A stretch of 64,000 bases of DNA. Origin: a virus (Duplodnaviria; Caudoviricetes). Position numbers and translations under genes: made by a program. The notes beneath the pieces are model-generated. The model did not search any database. It saw only the letters and a list, made by a program, of their open reading frames with translations, and was not told the origin of the DNA. Every line of letters begins with the position of its first letter. Within the stretch, counting starts at the first letter, position 1. This document shows, piece after piece, positions 20,503-30,404 of the stretch. Location: positions 64,001 to 128,000 of IMG/VR virus record IMGVR_UViG_2724679462_000002. The stretch is one strand, 5' to 3'.

Positions 20503-20596
20503 TGGCTCGCCGCCTGTAATTCGCCTCCTAAAACCATCGCCCCGATACCCGGGGCCATAAGCATTATCACAAACGTAAAATAAGGAATCTGTAATC

Positions 20597-21121
20597 ATGA
20601 CCACGACCACCGACATCAAGTTCAAGCCGACCACGACGGAACTGTCCGCCGAGATCAAGAAGGAAATGAAGCTCGACCCGAAGACCGGCGTCGGTACCGT
20701 GACGGAAAACTGGTACGTCGACAACCTCGGTCGCGCGGTGCCGGAAGACATCAAGGCGAAGTACCCGGGCATCGAGGCCGACGTGGTACCGATCATCAAG
20801 GGCGTGCAGGATCACAACACGATGGTCGCGGCCGCCGCGGGCCTCGCGTTCGGCCAGCTCTCCGAGCACGTGCTGAAGAGCAACAAGGAAATCGAGCGCA
20901 CCACGCTCGACCTGCCGACGATCGGCAAGGACGGCTTCGACTTCACGTACGACAAGACGCGCCAAGTTCCGGACCGCACGGCAGACGGCACGGTCGGCAC
21001 GAAGACGGTTCACGGCTCGCTGCGCGTTGGCTATCGCACCTACGGCACGAAGAGCCGCGGCGAACTCATGAAGGTCAAGGAGCAGCTCGCGATCGACGCT
21101 GCGAAGGTGTTCGGCAGCTAA
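20597..21121 (+). CDS. Hypothetical protein (174 aa), probably highly expressed
   Basis: TAAGGA RBS, extreme codon bias, own terminator. Confidence 0.8.
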   Translation: MTTTTDIKFKPTTTELSAEIKKEMKLDPKTGVGTVTENWYVDNLGRAVPEDIKAKYPGIEADVVPIIKGVQDHNTMVAAAAGLAFGQLSEHVLKSNKEIERTTLDLPTIGKDGFDFTYDKTRQVPDRTADGTVGTKTVHGSLRVGYRTYGTKSRGELMKVKEQLAIDAAKVFGS

Positions 21122-21152
21122 GCACTCTCAGCGGTATCGTTTCGAAGACGAG

Positions 21153-21182
21153 AAAACCCCTGCCTTCGGGCGGGGGTTTTTT
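21153..21182 (+). terminator. Rho-independent terminator
   Basis: aaaacccctgcc-ttcg-ggcgggggtttttt. Confidence 0.85.
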
Positions 21183-21214
21183 ATTTCCCCTTCTTTTGTT
21201 ACTGCGAAGACGGC

Positions 21215-22432
21215 ATGACTGAACAGCAAGACAAGGCATACGTCTACATCTTCCACAACCCTGAGACAGGCGATGTCAACGTAGGGAGTACAAAAGACGA
21301 AAAGTACCGCCAACGCAAACACCTTTCTGCGTTGAGAGGCGCTCGACACAGCAACTACAAATTTCAAAGATGCTACGCCAGGAAACCAAACTTCGAATTT
21401 GTGTCAATGGAAGTACCCGATCGGGATACCGCCCTCGCGCTCGAGCAATCGATCATTGACGAGTTTTACGGCTCACCATCCTTCTTGAACATTTCGAAAG
21501 ACGCGGCTTACTGCAACGTGTGGCAGTCCCCTGCTTCAATCGAACGAATGCGCAAGGCACTGACTGGGCGAAAACTATCTGCTGAACATATTGAGAAGTC
21601 GCGCCAAGGACTTCTTCGCCTCAACAGAAAGATGAGCGCGGAGCAGAAGGAACGCCTGCGGGAATGCTTCAAAGGCATTCCTTTGTCTGCAGCAACGAAA
21701 GCCAAGCTCTCTATAAGCGGCAAGGCTCGATTCGACGATCCGCTAGAACGGCTGAAAATCAGCGTAGGCCATCGCGGTAAGCTTCTAAGCGCGGAACATC
21801 GCGCGAAACTCAGTCTTGTTGCACGCGGTCGAAAAGACACGGACGCGAAGAGGCTGAACATGCGACGCGGTAACGCATATCGATCAAAAAGCGTTCTAAT
21901 CGACGGTACAACATACCGGACCTTAGCCGAAGCGGCGGAGGCACTCGGAGTGCACAAGACCACAATTACCAACCGTATCAAGGCCGGCCTGTACCAGGGG
22001 GCAGAACAACAGGATTCATCGATGCACCGCAAGATGACGATCTGGACAATACAGCTGTCCAAGTGGCGATTAGCACGAGAACTCGGCATTCATCTCATCG
22101 ACTGTACCGCTCGCTCGGGCATTTCCGCGTTTGCCCCACTCTTCGACGACGTCATGGCGTACAAGCGCGGCGTGCTCAGTGAGGAGCAATACACCAAACG
22201 TTACCTCGCACGGATGCGTCACTCGCGACGGGAACAATCCAAGGAATGGGAACGCGTCAAAACCCTGCCGGAAAGGATCGCCCTCGCGTGCTATTGCAAG
22301 GCCGGGGTCTTCTGCCATCGCCATCTCTTCCGAGACTTGCTCAGCGACTATCTCAAGGACGCCCAGTTCGAGGTGAAGTGCGCGGGCGAGCTCATCTCCT
22401 CGATCCCTCCACACGTAAAAGCAGAAGCATGA
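21215..22432 (+). CDS. GIY-YIG homing endonuclease (NUMOD3 repeats, NUMOD1-like HTH) fused in frame to a DUF488-like domain
   Basis: YVY..NVGST..R..H..N, ALALEQ and FLN catalytic domain. Repeats of SAEHxxK. IDGTTYRTLAEAAEALGV HTH. C-terminal ALACYC..FCHRHL domain with its own ATG (22022) and RBS. Confidence 0.75.
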   Translation: MTEQQDKAYVYIFHNPETGDVNVGSTKDEKYRQRKHLSALRGARHSNYKFQRCYARKPNFEFVSMEVPDRDTALALEQSIIDEFYGSPSFLNISKDAAYCNVWQSPASIERMRKALTGRKLSAEHIEKSRQGLLRLNRKMSAEQKERLRECFKGIPLSAATKAKLSISGKARFDDPLERLKISVGHRGKLLSAEHRAKLSLVARGRKDTDAKRLNMRRGNAYRSKSVLIDGTTYRTLAEAAEALGVHKTTITNRIKAGLYQGAEQQDSSMHRKMTIWTIQLSKWRLARELGIHLIDCTARSGISAFAPLFDDVMAYKRGVLSEEQYTKRYLARMRHSRREQSKEWERVKTLPERIALACYCKAGVFCHRHLFRDLLSDYLKDAQFEVKCAGELISSIPPHVKAEA

Positions 22433-22704
22433 ATACGCTGGCAATCTTCGCAGGCTTCGCCCTCTTTCTTCCCTTCTATTTCTTAGTCGGGCTTTTCTGG
22501 CTCCGGTGCAATCCCGAAGTCGTTCGCATCATTCGGCGCACGGCCGGGAGCGACCTGGTGTTCACCATTTCCTCGCTTGTCTTGGCGATCCTGTGGCCGG
22601 TCTGGTCAATCTACATCGGCATGGCGTACATTCGCGGTATGCTGCGAATCATTCGTGAACAACGCGCGGTGAAGCACGATGAGTCACGTCCCGACGCCAC
22701 TTGA
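22429..22704 (+). CDS. Small two-TM membrane protein (91 aa)
   Basis: ATGA overlap with the upstream stop; two hydrophobic segments, the second with an ILWPVW motif. Confidence 0.7.
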   Translation: MNTLAIFAGFALFLPFYFLVGLFWLRCNPEVVRIIRRTAGSDLVFTISSLVLAILWPVWSIYIGMAYIRGMLRIIREQRAVKHDESRPDAT

Positions 22705-22731
22705 GCACGCTGACTTTTTTAAGGAGCGCAC

Positions 22732-22956
22732 ATGAACGGTTTCATTCTCATCCTCTCGGTCGTCTGGCAGTTTACGCAAGGCGGACCTACCGGCGGGGCG
22801 GCCGCCAACTACACGACCGCGACGTTTGCTGACGAGTCTGCGTGCAAGAAAGCCGGCGAAGCGGCACGGGCGATGGTCTATAGAGAGTTTGCACGCGGGG
22901 CCAAGACCCCTCATGTAAATTTCATTTGCGTTCCCCAAGTGAGCAAATCCGAATGA
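22732..22956 (+). CDS. Small hypothetical protein (74 aa), hydrophobic N-terminus, F.DESAC..A..C.P pattern
   Basis: TAAGGAG RBS. Confidence 0.7.
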   Translation: MNGFILILSVVWQFTQGGPTGGAAANYTTATFADESACKKAGEAARAMVYREFARGAKTPHVNFICVPQVSKSE

Positions 22957-23339
22957 CCATACGCGTGGAAGGACAAATCGTTCCGACGTTGCCCGGACAA
23001 ACCGCCCTGCTCTTGAAGTTGGACACGCAGCGCGGGATGACTGTCAACCAATCAGCTCTCCAGCGCGCACAAGGTCTACTGTCACGCCTGCCCGCTGTCA
23101 TGATGAGCGGTGAAATCAGTCCGAACGTGGATGGATCGCTCGCGATGCAATGGGTGCGAAAAGACGACAAGCTCGATGTCGATTTGCGACTGAAGTGCTT
23201 GCCCTTCGGAGGCGTTCAATACGCGTACATCGTCGAGGGATCGGATGGCGGTCAAGCTGGAGGCATCCTGAAGCCCCACCAGTCCGACGACGAGGTTATC
23301 TGGATCGTGAGACATGTCGTTGCGATGCTGACGCCTTAG
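22953..23339 (+). CDS. Hypothetical protein (128 aa)
   Basis: ATGA overlap with the upstream stop; ISPNVDGSLAMQW motif. Confidence 0.65.
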   Translation: MTIRVEGQIVPTLPGQTALLLKLDTQRGMTVNQSALQRAQGLLSRLPAVMMSGEISPNVDGSLAMQWVRKDDKLDVDLRLKCLPFGGVQYAYIVEGSDGGQAGGILKPHQSDDEVIWIVRHVVAMLTP

Positions 23340-23373
23340 CCCCGCCCGGCCAACCCCTACGCCGCCGAACTAA

Positions 23374-23421
23374 CGGCATAAAAGCCCAAGCCTCCTTGCG
23401 GGGGCTTGGGCCTTATGACGG
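23374..23421. terminator. Bidirectional hairpin (CGGCATAA...TTATGACG) between convergent genes
   Basis: gcccaagcctcc-ttgc-gggggcttgggc stem flanked by cata/tatg arms. Confidence 0.75.
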
Positions 23422-23457
23422 TCCTTATTTTTTTGGCTGGAAACAGCCAAAATGACC

Positions 23458-24432
23458 TTAGGCGAGGATCGTGTCGCTCGGAACGGCCGAGACCGAGTCC
23501 TGAGCCGAGATCACCATATCCGCCGAGATGCTGATGCCGGTGCCGATCGCCGAGGTCGGGCTGACCTGGTTGACCGCGATCTGCGCGACTTCGTTCTGGT
23601 AGCCGGTCGTCGTTGCTGCGACGTTCGGATCGATCTGCTGAGCGAAGGCGTTCTCGGTGTACGGGTTCGCGTTTGCGATGCTGATCGACGTGAGCAGCTG
23701 CTGCGCGAATGCGTCGACGCCCAGTCCGTACTGGGCGATACCCGCGTACGTGATGTTGAGGTCGAGCTTGTCGCCCTGCGCCGTGATGTCACGCGAGCCA
23801 ACGATGTCGCCCGTCGAGAGGGGGAACATGTTCGTCACGAGCCACGACTTCACGACACGGGTGTGCGTCGGATCCGGTTCGATGAAGATCATCGTGGCCG
23901 AATACATGTCAGCCAGCATGTCAGGCGGCGGACCGTACGTCGAGCCCGAACCGAGCGTCGCAACGTTCGCGAACTTCGTGTCCGGGTCCATCAGCAGGTT
24001 CGTGATCCAGCCTTGGTGGAACATCGAGACGGGCATGCCGTACTTTTCGTTCCACGTGAACTGCGGCTGCGAACGTTCGCGTGTAACGTTCACGACGTCC
24101 TGCTGCATGTTCCCGCCACCGCCGACCGGCGTTTCTGCCGTTTCGACCGTGAGGTGTGCGTTCAGACCTTCGATGCGAATCGCGTGCAGCTCAACCAACG
24201 CCCGCAGCGTGCCGACCCAAACGTCCGGGTTGGGCAGATACTGGAAGCCAAGCGGCGCTTCGATCAGCAAGCAGATCAGGTTCTTACGAATGTACTGCTG
24301 GTTGTTCACCCACTGCGTGTAGTTCGGGGTGAAGCCCATCTGACCGCCATACTGGAGGTCCACCATGGGGTTGTTGTGACCCTGCGCGAACGCTGTCGTG
24401 TTCTGCAGAATCGCGTTTGCGATACGACCCAT
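23458..24432 (-). CDS. Tail tube protein (phiKZ gp30-like)
   Basis: 324 aa directly downstream of the sheath gene; AGGAG RBS; YSATMIFIEPDPT..WLVTNMFP tube-like beta motifs. Confidence 0.8.
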   Translation of the reverse strand: MGRIANAILQNTTAFAQGHNNPMVDLQYGGQMGFTPNYTQWVNNQQYIRKNLICLLIEAPLGFQYLPNPDVWVGTLRALVELHAIRIEGLNAHLTVETAETPVGGGGNMQQDVVNVTRERSQPQFTWNEKYGMPVSMFHQGWITNLLMDPDTKFANVATLGSGSTYGPPPDMLADMYSATMIFIEPDPTHTRVVKSWLVTNMFPLSTGDIVGSRDITAQGDKLDLNITYAGIAQYGLGVDAFAQQLLTSISIANANPYTENAFAQQIDPNVAATTTGYQNEVAQIAVNQVSPTSAIGTGISISADMVISAQDSVSAVPSDTILA

Positions 24433-24495
24433 GTTTCATTCTCCTGAAGGCCAGCCGGACCCACGCTCACGCGGAACCGGTCATGGCATGGGTGG

Positions 24496-26598
24496 TTAGT
24501 TGCTCGACGAGAGGGCGTCCAGGCGGTAACTCTGAATGGCCAAAGTCCCGACTGTCCTTAGGTTCGGCGCGTAGATTGCGATCACCAGCGTCCAGCTGTA
24601 GCCACGTTGCGCATCGGCGCCCGTGATGGTCGTCGTCGGGACGATCGTGAAGCGGTTGTCGAAGATGCCCGACACGCGGTCCGTCACGTACTTGTTGATG
24701 TCCTTGATGAGCTGGGCGCTCGTGCGCTTCGTGTCACCGGAGAACGTACGACGAGCCTTGTCACCGATCTTCTCGAGCTGGCAAATCGCCATCGCGTTGA
24801 AGAACGAGTTCAGCACCGACGTGTCGTTGTCGTAGATCGTCTTCAGCGCCGGGAAGTAGGCCTTCCGACGCTCAAACGCCTCGACACCCACCATGCCGTT
24901 GGTCCAGTCGACGTTGCGGACCTTCGCCGGCCAGAACACGCAGTTCAGATCCGAGAACAGGTCGATTTCCGAACCCGGCGTCGTATCGAACGCGTTGCCC
25001 GACTTCCACTTGCCGTTGCTCGCGCCCATGTACCCCGCTGCCTTCGAGGCCAGTTCGATCGTGAGCGGAAGCGGCTTCGTGTACTGGCTGCCCGTGAGCG
25101 TGCCCGAGCCTGGTACGATCATGCCGCGCATGGTCGGCGTGCCGAAGTAATCCGATTCCGGGAACTGCTGGAGGTACGCCTTCAGCGCGATCGCCATGGA
25201 CGACTCTTCTTCCGCGGTGAGCGGGGGCGAGAGGGTCGAGAACGTCGACAGGGCGACGAACGTGTCCTTGCGCTGCGAGATGAACTGCGCGATCGCCTTC
25301 TTCGCGGTCAGGGGGTAGCCCGAGTCCCAGAAGATCGATTCCGGTGCCAAGACCATGTCCTGAACCGGGTTCGTCAGATCCGAGTAGATCGACATGAAGT
25401 CCGACACGAGGCCTGCGAAGAGGGTGTCGTTCATCGTGCCGTCCGAACCGCCAGCGGCCCAGAGGGTCGTCGATTCGCCCAGGTAGGCTGCATCCGTGCC
25501 TTCGGAGTCGATCTGGAACGTCGAGTACGGAGCGCCCTGCGAGGACACGCCGCTCACGAAGTTGAAGAGCCACTCTTCGCCGTCAGCGCCGGTGAAGTCA
25601 GAGAACTGGTTGATCGCCGGAGTTTCCGCGGCATAGAACTCGCCGACCAGCTCCGCGACATTGCTGTCGTAGACGTGCAGCTTGCCGAACGTGCCGAAGA
25701 TGTCAGCCACGCCGCTCGGGTCGTTCAGGCTCTGGTACGACGAGATGAAGATGTCCTGGATCGAGATCTGGTTGTCCAGCGCCACGTTGATCGTGTTCGG
25801 CTTGAACGTCACTTCCAAGGACTGCGAGCCAGCGATCGACGCTGCAACCTTGCCCGTCGCGTTGGACGCACTGCGCTGCACGCAGGCGACACGGAAAGGG
25901 TAGACGAGGTCGTCTTCGATGAAGTTCGGATTGGCCGGCGTGCTGGAGTTCACGGTCGGTGCCCAGAGACGCAGGCCACAGTTGTTGCCGTACTCGCCGA
26001 AGCTCGACACTTGCAGGTCGAGGATCGGGAAGCGGGTCGAGGTGGTCGACGTGCCAGACGTTTGGTCACCTGCCATCTGGGTCGCGGTGCCGAAGTCGCT
26101 TGCGCCGTTGGTGTAGCTGACTTCCGAGAGCACCCACTTTGCGACGAAGCCGGGCATCGTTGCGCCGTTGCCGGTTACGGCGACCTTCGCCCCGTTCGTG
26201 TCCGTCTTGAACGAGCCATCGGTGTTGCGTTCGTATTGCTGGATGTCCGTCGCCAGCACGTCCAGCCACAGACGCAGCGACGCCGGGGGATTCGCATCCG
26301 CCGGTTGCATCCGTCGCACCTGGATGGCGTTGCCTTGTCCGTTCACCGTGCTCGCGAGCACGGTTGCGTGGTTTGCCCACTTCTTGCGCAGATCGAAAGA
26401 GTCCGCGCCGTAGATGGTTTGCAGGTCCGCCCCGGACACCAGCTCGGTCGTCAATGGGCCCTTCTGCGTGTACAGCGGGATCAGCGGGAGGTGCTGCGGG
26501 ATCTGCTCCGGCGTCGGTGTGACCTGCTGGGTACTCAGATCCTGAGTGCCCTGCATGATGGTCATCGGAGCGCCATTGACAATCTGTGCCGTTGTCAT
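24496..26598 (-). CDS. Contractile tail sheath protein (phiKZ gp29-like)
   Basis: 700 aa; PQHLPL..YTQKGP, IYGADSFD, GGSDG and WDSGY motifs; sheath-tube gene order. Confidence 0.85.
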   Translation of the reverse strand: MTTAQIVNGAPMTIMQGTQDLSTQQVTPTPEQIPQHLPLIPLYTQKGPLTTELVSGADLQTIYGADSFDLRKKWANHATVLASTVNGQGNAIQVRRMQPADANPPASLRLWLDVLATDIQQYERNTDGSFKTDTNGAKVAVTGNGATMPGFVAKWVLSEVSYTNGASDFGTATQMAGDQTSGTSTTSTRFPILDLQVSSFGEYGNNCGLRLWAPTVNSSTPANPNFIEDDLVYPFRVACVQRSASNATGKVAASIAGSQSLEVTFKPNTINVALDNQISIQDIFISSYQSLNDPSGVADIFGTFGKLHVYDSNVAELVGEFYAAETPAINQFSDFTGADGEEWLFNFVSGVSSQGAPYSTFQIDSEGTDAAYLGESTTLWAAGGSDGTMNDTLFAGLVSDFMSIYSDLTNPVQDMVLAPESIFWDSGYPLTAKKAIAQFISQRKDTFVALSTFSTLSPPLTAEEESSMAIALKAYLQQFPESDYFGTPTMRGMIVPGSGTLTGSQYTKPLPLTIELASKAAGYMGASNGKWKSGNAFDTTPGSEIDLFSDLNCVFWPAKVRNVDWTNGMVGVEAFERRKAYFPALKTIYDNDTSVLNSFFNAMAICQLEKIGDKARRTFSGDTKRTSAQLIKDINKYVTDRVSGIFDNRFTIVPTTTITGADAQRGYSWTLVIAIYAPNLRTVGTLAIQSYRLDALSSSN

Positions 26599-26785
26599 GG
26601 TTGAGTTCCTGTCAATAATGGTATGGGTTCGAAGACGATGCGCCGCATCATATTAATTCCGACGTTTCGCACTACTTAGGTGTATGACCCCGGCACACAG
26701 ACCCGGTGTGCAAGAAACGCACGAATTTCTTTAAGACATAGGATGCTGTCGGTGCCCCGACGGCATGACGCGACGAGGCTCTAAG

Positions 26786-27700
26786 ATGAAGCTCTTTTAC
26801 ACTGCATACGACACGACCGCGTGCAGCGGCTACGTGTTGGACAAGCTCGAGGCGAGCCTCAAAGCGGCGGTGATTCACCTGCAATATCACCGTGACAACG
26901 GCTCGAACATCATCGAGATTCAAGGCAACGGATCGGTGGCGGCAGCCGTGCCCGAGTTCCAGCACCCCTTCATGCTCGAGTTCGATGGCGAGAAACTCAT
27001 CTGCATCGACGCGCGCCCGTACGGCAGCTTCGATCGCCTGAAGGGAACATTCGTTGTTCGCAACACGATTGAGCATGCGCTGCTTCTACGTCGCGCTCAG
27101 CTGAACGATGTCTGGATCAACGAGGACTCGGCACTCTTGCGCGATGTCTCCCCGGTCGCGATGAACCTCTTCGCGAGCTGGGTGAGCGAGAACGTGGCAC
27201 GGCGCTTTGCGCTGGACCCGAAGGAACAGCTCAACCTCGCTATCCTCGCGGCGTTCCATTACCAGTCGCTCTTCACCGACGCGTCGTTCCTCGACGACAC
27301 GATGCGCATGAAGATGGCCACGCAGATCTCGCGCGGCATGCGCTGCTCAGCGGAAGACGTGCTCTCGGTGCTCGACGACCAATCGCGTCCCTGCCACAGC
27401 ATTGCTGACTTCTGCTCGTTCGCCGCCGGCGCGACCGGAAGCGTGCGCCTGCAAGCCTTCAATCCGGGCGTGCTGGTGAGCATCATCAAGGGAACGTGGT
27501 TCGGCGTCGGCGCAGCAGAAATGCTGGCTGTGGCGCTCGAGCATCCGCCCACCTGGCTAGCTCTTCTGATGGCCGCGCACGTGGAGCGCACCTACAAGAA
27601 TTCGGGCCTCGCCAAGCTCGTCGAGCGTCAGGCGCACAAGGAGCCGAACAAGCAGTTCCTGCGCGCTGTGCTCAACCTCACGCAACTGGCAACCGCCTAA
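26786..27700 (+). CDS. Virion structural protein (phiKZ gp28-like position)
   Basis: ATG with GAGG RBS, divergent from the sheath gene; VALEHPPTW motif. Confidence 0.7.
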   Translation: MKLFYTAYDTTACSGYVLDKLEASLKAAVIHLQYHRDNGSNIIEIQGNGSVAAAVPEFQHPFMLEFDGEKLICIDARPYGSFDRLKGTFVVRNTIEHALLLRRAQLNDVWINEDSALLRDVSPVAMNLFASWVSENVARRFALDPKEQLNLAILAAFHYQSLFTDASFLDDTMRMKMATQISRGMRCSAEDVLSVLDDQSRPCHSIADFCSFAAGATGSVRLQAFNPGVLVSIIKGTWFGVGAAEMLAVALEHPPTWLALLMAAHVERTYKNSGLAKLVERQAHKEPNKQFLRAVLNLTQLATA

Positions 27701-27767
27701 TTCCTCTCAAGACTCAAGACTCCTGGGGTGCTGTATGGCCCCAGGAGTATTCGCCATTGGGTGACTC

Positions 27768-30380
27768 ATGTTTGATTACCTCGTCGATAACGCACTGAAA
27801 AATATCTGGTGCGCGCCGGCGCAAGACCGGCAGGACATCTTCCAGCTGGCGAGATTGACGCCCGATGGTGGTGCGATGAACACGGTTCAGGTCGGCTGGA
27901 GACAGTACGATCTCCCTTCCAAGGGCGTGTACTTCCACGTGTACCAGATCGGTCAGATCAGCCCGCACATGGTCGGGCTGCTTTCTTCGGCGACGTCATG
28001 GACCACGTTCTCGACGGCCATGAACGCGAACAATCTGATCGCGGATCTATACACGAACGAGGGCTTGCAGATGCCTCGGTTCCAGTCGTACTTCATGGTC
28101 ACGAAGAATAAGAACCTCATCGTGGCAGTCCAGTTCGAATCGCCCATCGCGGTCAACCTGGACACGGACGCACTTTTTCTCCGTCTGTACAGCAACGCGT
28201 TCTTTCAAAGTCCGCGTGCAACGCTCGGTGCGACCAAGAACTACATCGAGACGGCGGGTGTCGTGCCTGCCTTCAAGAGCGACATCCTGAACATTCAGAA
28301 CAAGATTGCGGCGCTCGCGACGAAACCCGGCGCAGTGTATGCGTTCATCAACGGCTACAAGGTCGATCAGGTGAACGTGCTGACCGCCCAGATCGGGGAT
28401 GTTATCGAGTACCTCTACGACAGCTCGGTCTACAAGGTCGTCGACTTTCCGTTTCTGAATCTGCCCACGTTCAGCAGCACCCTCGATAGCAAGTTCAAGT
28501 ATCTGCTGCACTACAACGGCACGAGCGACAACACGATCGACTTCCAGGACGACGTGGACGTGTGGATCTATTACACGTTCCCGAGCGGCTTCACCAAGGG
28601 TCTCTACTACCATCACAACCGTCCGGACGCCCTGCGTAACGTCACGCATCGCGACTACTCGATGCCGACCGCGTATGTGGCCGGGTTCGTGGCAGATCAG
28701 GATGATTGGGTAGCGGCGGCCAAGGTCACGATCCGTCTGCACATCCGTCAAGCGGGGTTCGCGCGACCGCTCGCCTACGAAAGCAATCGCATCATGGAGC
28801 TTTACAAGCTTCCGGACGCGGGCATCGTAAGCGCCATGGCTGGCGCCAACTCGACGCTCGAAAATTGGCAGGCCGCCACGCTCGAAGCATCGTCGTATGC
28901 GCAGGTGATGGGCGCACAGCCGGCGACGAAGGTCACGCGACAACTGGTCGAAGACGCGTATGGCTATAACGCGACCAGTCAGCTCGTCGGAAACAGCCCG
29001 CTCATTCCGACCAAGCAATCCGGTCAGTTGATCGTCACGCTGCCCTACAACCTGCAAAGTAACTCATCCGCGTGGGAATACGACAGCGAAGGCACGCTGC
29101 TCGGTTTCTATAACCATGCGAGCGGTGGCGTCTACACCTGTCAGAACAGCACCTGCGCCCTTGTCGAGATGTACGCCGGTACGGCAGGCCAGCAGTTGGA
29201 CGACACGTACGGGATGACGACGCAGACGCTCAACCCTGCGCTCGACTACCGCATGTACACGTGCCCGGTCGATCAGATCACCGGCAAGCCGACCTATGCC
29301 TGGGAAGACGTGACGGGCAGCAGCCAGTACTCGATCGTGGGCACGACGCTCACATGGGCGATCGATCCAACGAAGGTCTACACCTGCGTGCGAAGCAACA
29401 AGGTGATGCTCGCCTACACGCTCTACATCCAGCCGCAGGAAGGCTACCTGCCGATTCAGATCCAGCAGGAAGGCATTCGGAACTATGTGTTGCAGCTCTT
29501 CGCGATGCAGATTCCCATGGGGCAACTCGATGTGTTCGTGAATGGCCGGACGATGATCGACGAGCTCGACTTCGTGATGCAGTTTCCGACGATCATGATC
29601 AACAACGTGACGGCGCTCGACTTCCCGCAAGACAAACAGCAGCAGATCACGATTCGTTGGAGCGGATTCTGCAATCGCGATCTGACGCCGCGCAGCTATC
29701 GTGAAACGGGCTGGGTGCAGTACGGTCTGCTCTCGAACAACAACCGCTACAACATCCGGGACGACGACGTTACCCGGATCGTCATGGGCGGGGGTGTCTA
29801 TCCGAAGTCCGCACTCAAGTTCGCGGAGAGCTCGGCGGATGTGCTGGGACCGCAATCCATCAACGGACAGCCTTACCAGATTCAGAAGGTGGTGGTGCCA
29901 ATGTTGGGCGTGACCACCGAGGACACGTACGTGTATCTCGAGAAGGCAATGGCGATCGACAAGGCCGTCGAAGATTACATGACCTTGTACTACCCGCTGC
30001 CCCAAGCGAGTGGTCCCGACACGATCACGGAGTTGTATCCGGTCTTCAGTCCGTTCTCCTGCAAGATCATCTACGACCTTGTGCTCGGCATCATCGACGA
30101 AGCACCGTTCAGGCAGTTTTACAACGACGCGTATGTGAAGCAGGTGTGCGCGCCGTACGAGTACTTGCTGGCGTACGACCCGACGCAAACGGCGAACCGC
30201 CCAGACCCGAACTTCGTCACGATCCGCCCGCACAACCTGACGGTCACGATCTCGCTCGACCTGTACGCCTACAACTTCCTGAATCACGTTATCCGCATCT
30301 ACCTGAACGGTCTGGTGCAGTTGAACAACTTCGTCTCGATCGCCAGCATCAGCAGCGCCAGCGCGATCAGCAGCAGCTAA
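27768..30380 (+). CDS. Virion structural/baseplate protein (phiKZ gp27-like position)
   Basis: 870 aa; NIWCAP.QDRQ start and THRDYS motif; synteny between sheath and terminase. Confidence 0.75.
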   Translation: MFDYLVDNALKNIWCAPAQDRQDIFQLARLTPDGGAMNTVQVGWRQYDLPSKGVYFHVYQIGQISPHMVGLLSSATSWTTFSTAMNANNLIADLYTNEGLQMPRFQSYFMVTKNKNLIVAVQFESPIAVNLDTDALFLRLYSNAFFQSPRATLGATKNYIETAGVVPAFKSDILNIQNKIAALATKPGAVYAFINGYKVDQVNVLTAQIGDVIEYLYDSSVYKVVDFPFLNLPTFSSTLDSKFKYLLHYNGTSDNTIDFQDDVDVWIYYTFPSGFTKGLYYHHNRPDALRNVTHRDYSMPTAYVAGFVADQDDWVAAAKVTIRLHIRQAGFARPLAYESNRIMELYKLPDAGIVSAMAGANSTLENWQAATLEASSYAQVMGAQPATKVTRQLVEDAYGYNATSQLVGNSPLIPTKQSGQLIVTLPYNLQSNSSAWEYDSEGTLLGFYNHASGGVYTCQNSTCALVEMYAGTAGQQLDDTYGMTTQTLNPALDYRMYTCPVDQITGKPTYAWEDVTGSSQYSIVGTTLTWAIDPTKVYTCVRSNKVMLAYTLYIQPQEGYLPIQIQQEGIRNYVLQLFAMQIPMGQLDVFVNGRTMIDELDFVMQFPTIMINNVTALDFPQDKQQQITIRWSGFCNRDLTPRSYRETGWVQYGLLSNNNRYNIRDDDVTRIVMGGGVYPKSALKFAESSADVLGPQSINGQPYQIQKVVVPMLGVTTEDTYVYLEKAMAIDKAVEDYMTLYYPLPQASGPDTITELYPVFSPFSCKIIYDLVLGIIDEAPFRQFYNDAYVKQVCAPYEYLLAYDPTQTANRPDPNFVTIRPHNLTVTISLDLYAYNFLNHVIRIYLNGLVQLNNFVSIASISSASAISSS

Positions 30381-30404
30381 TTCTTTCCCTCTTTGGAGTC
30401 GTCA

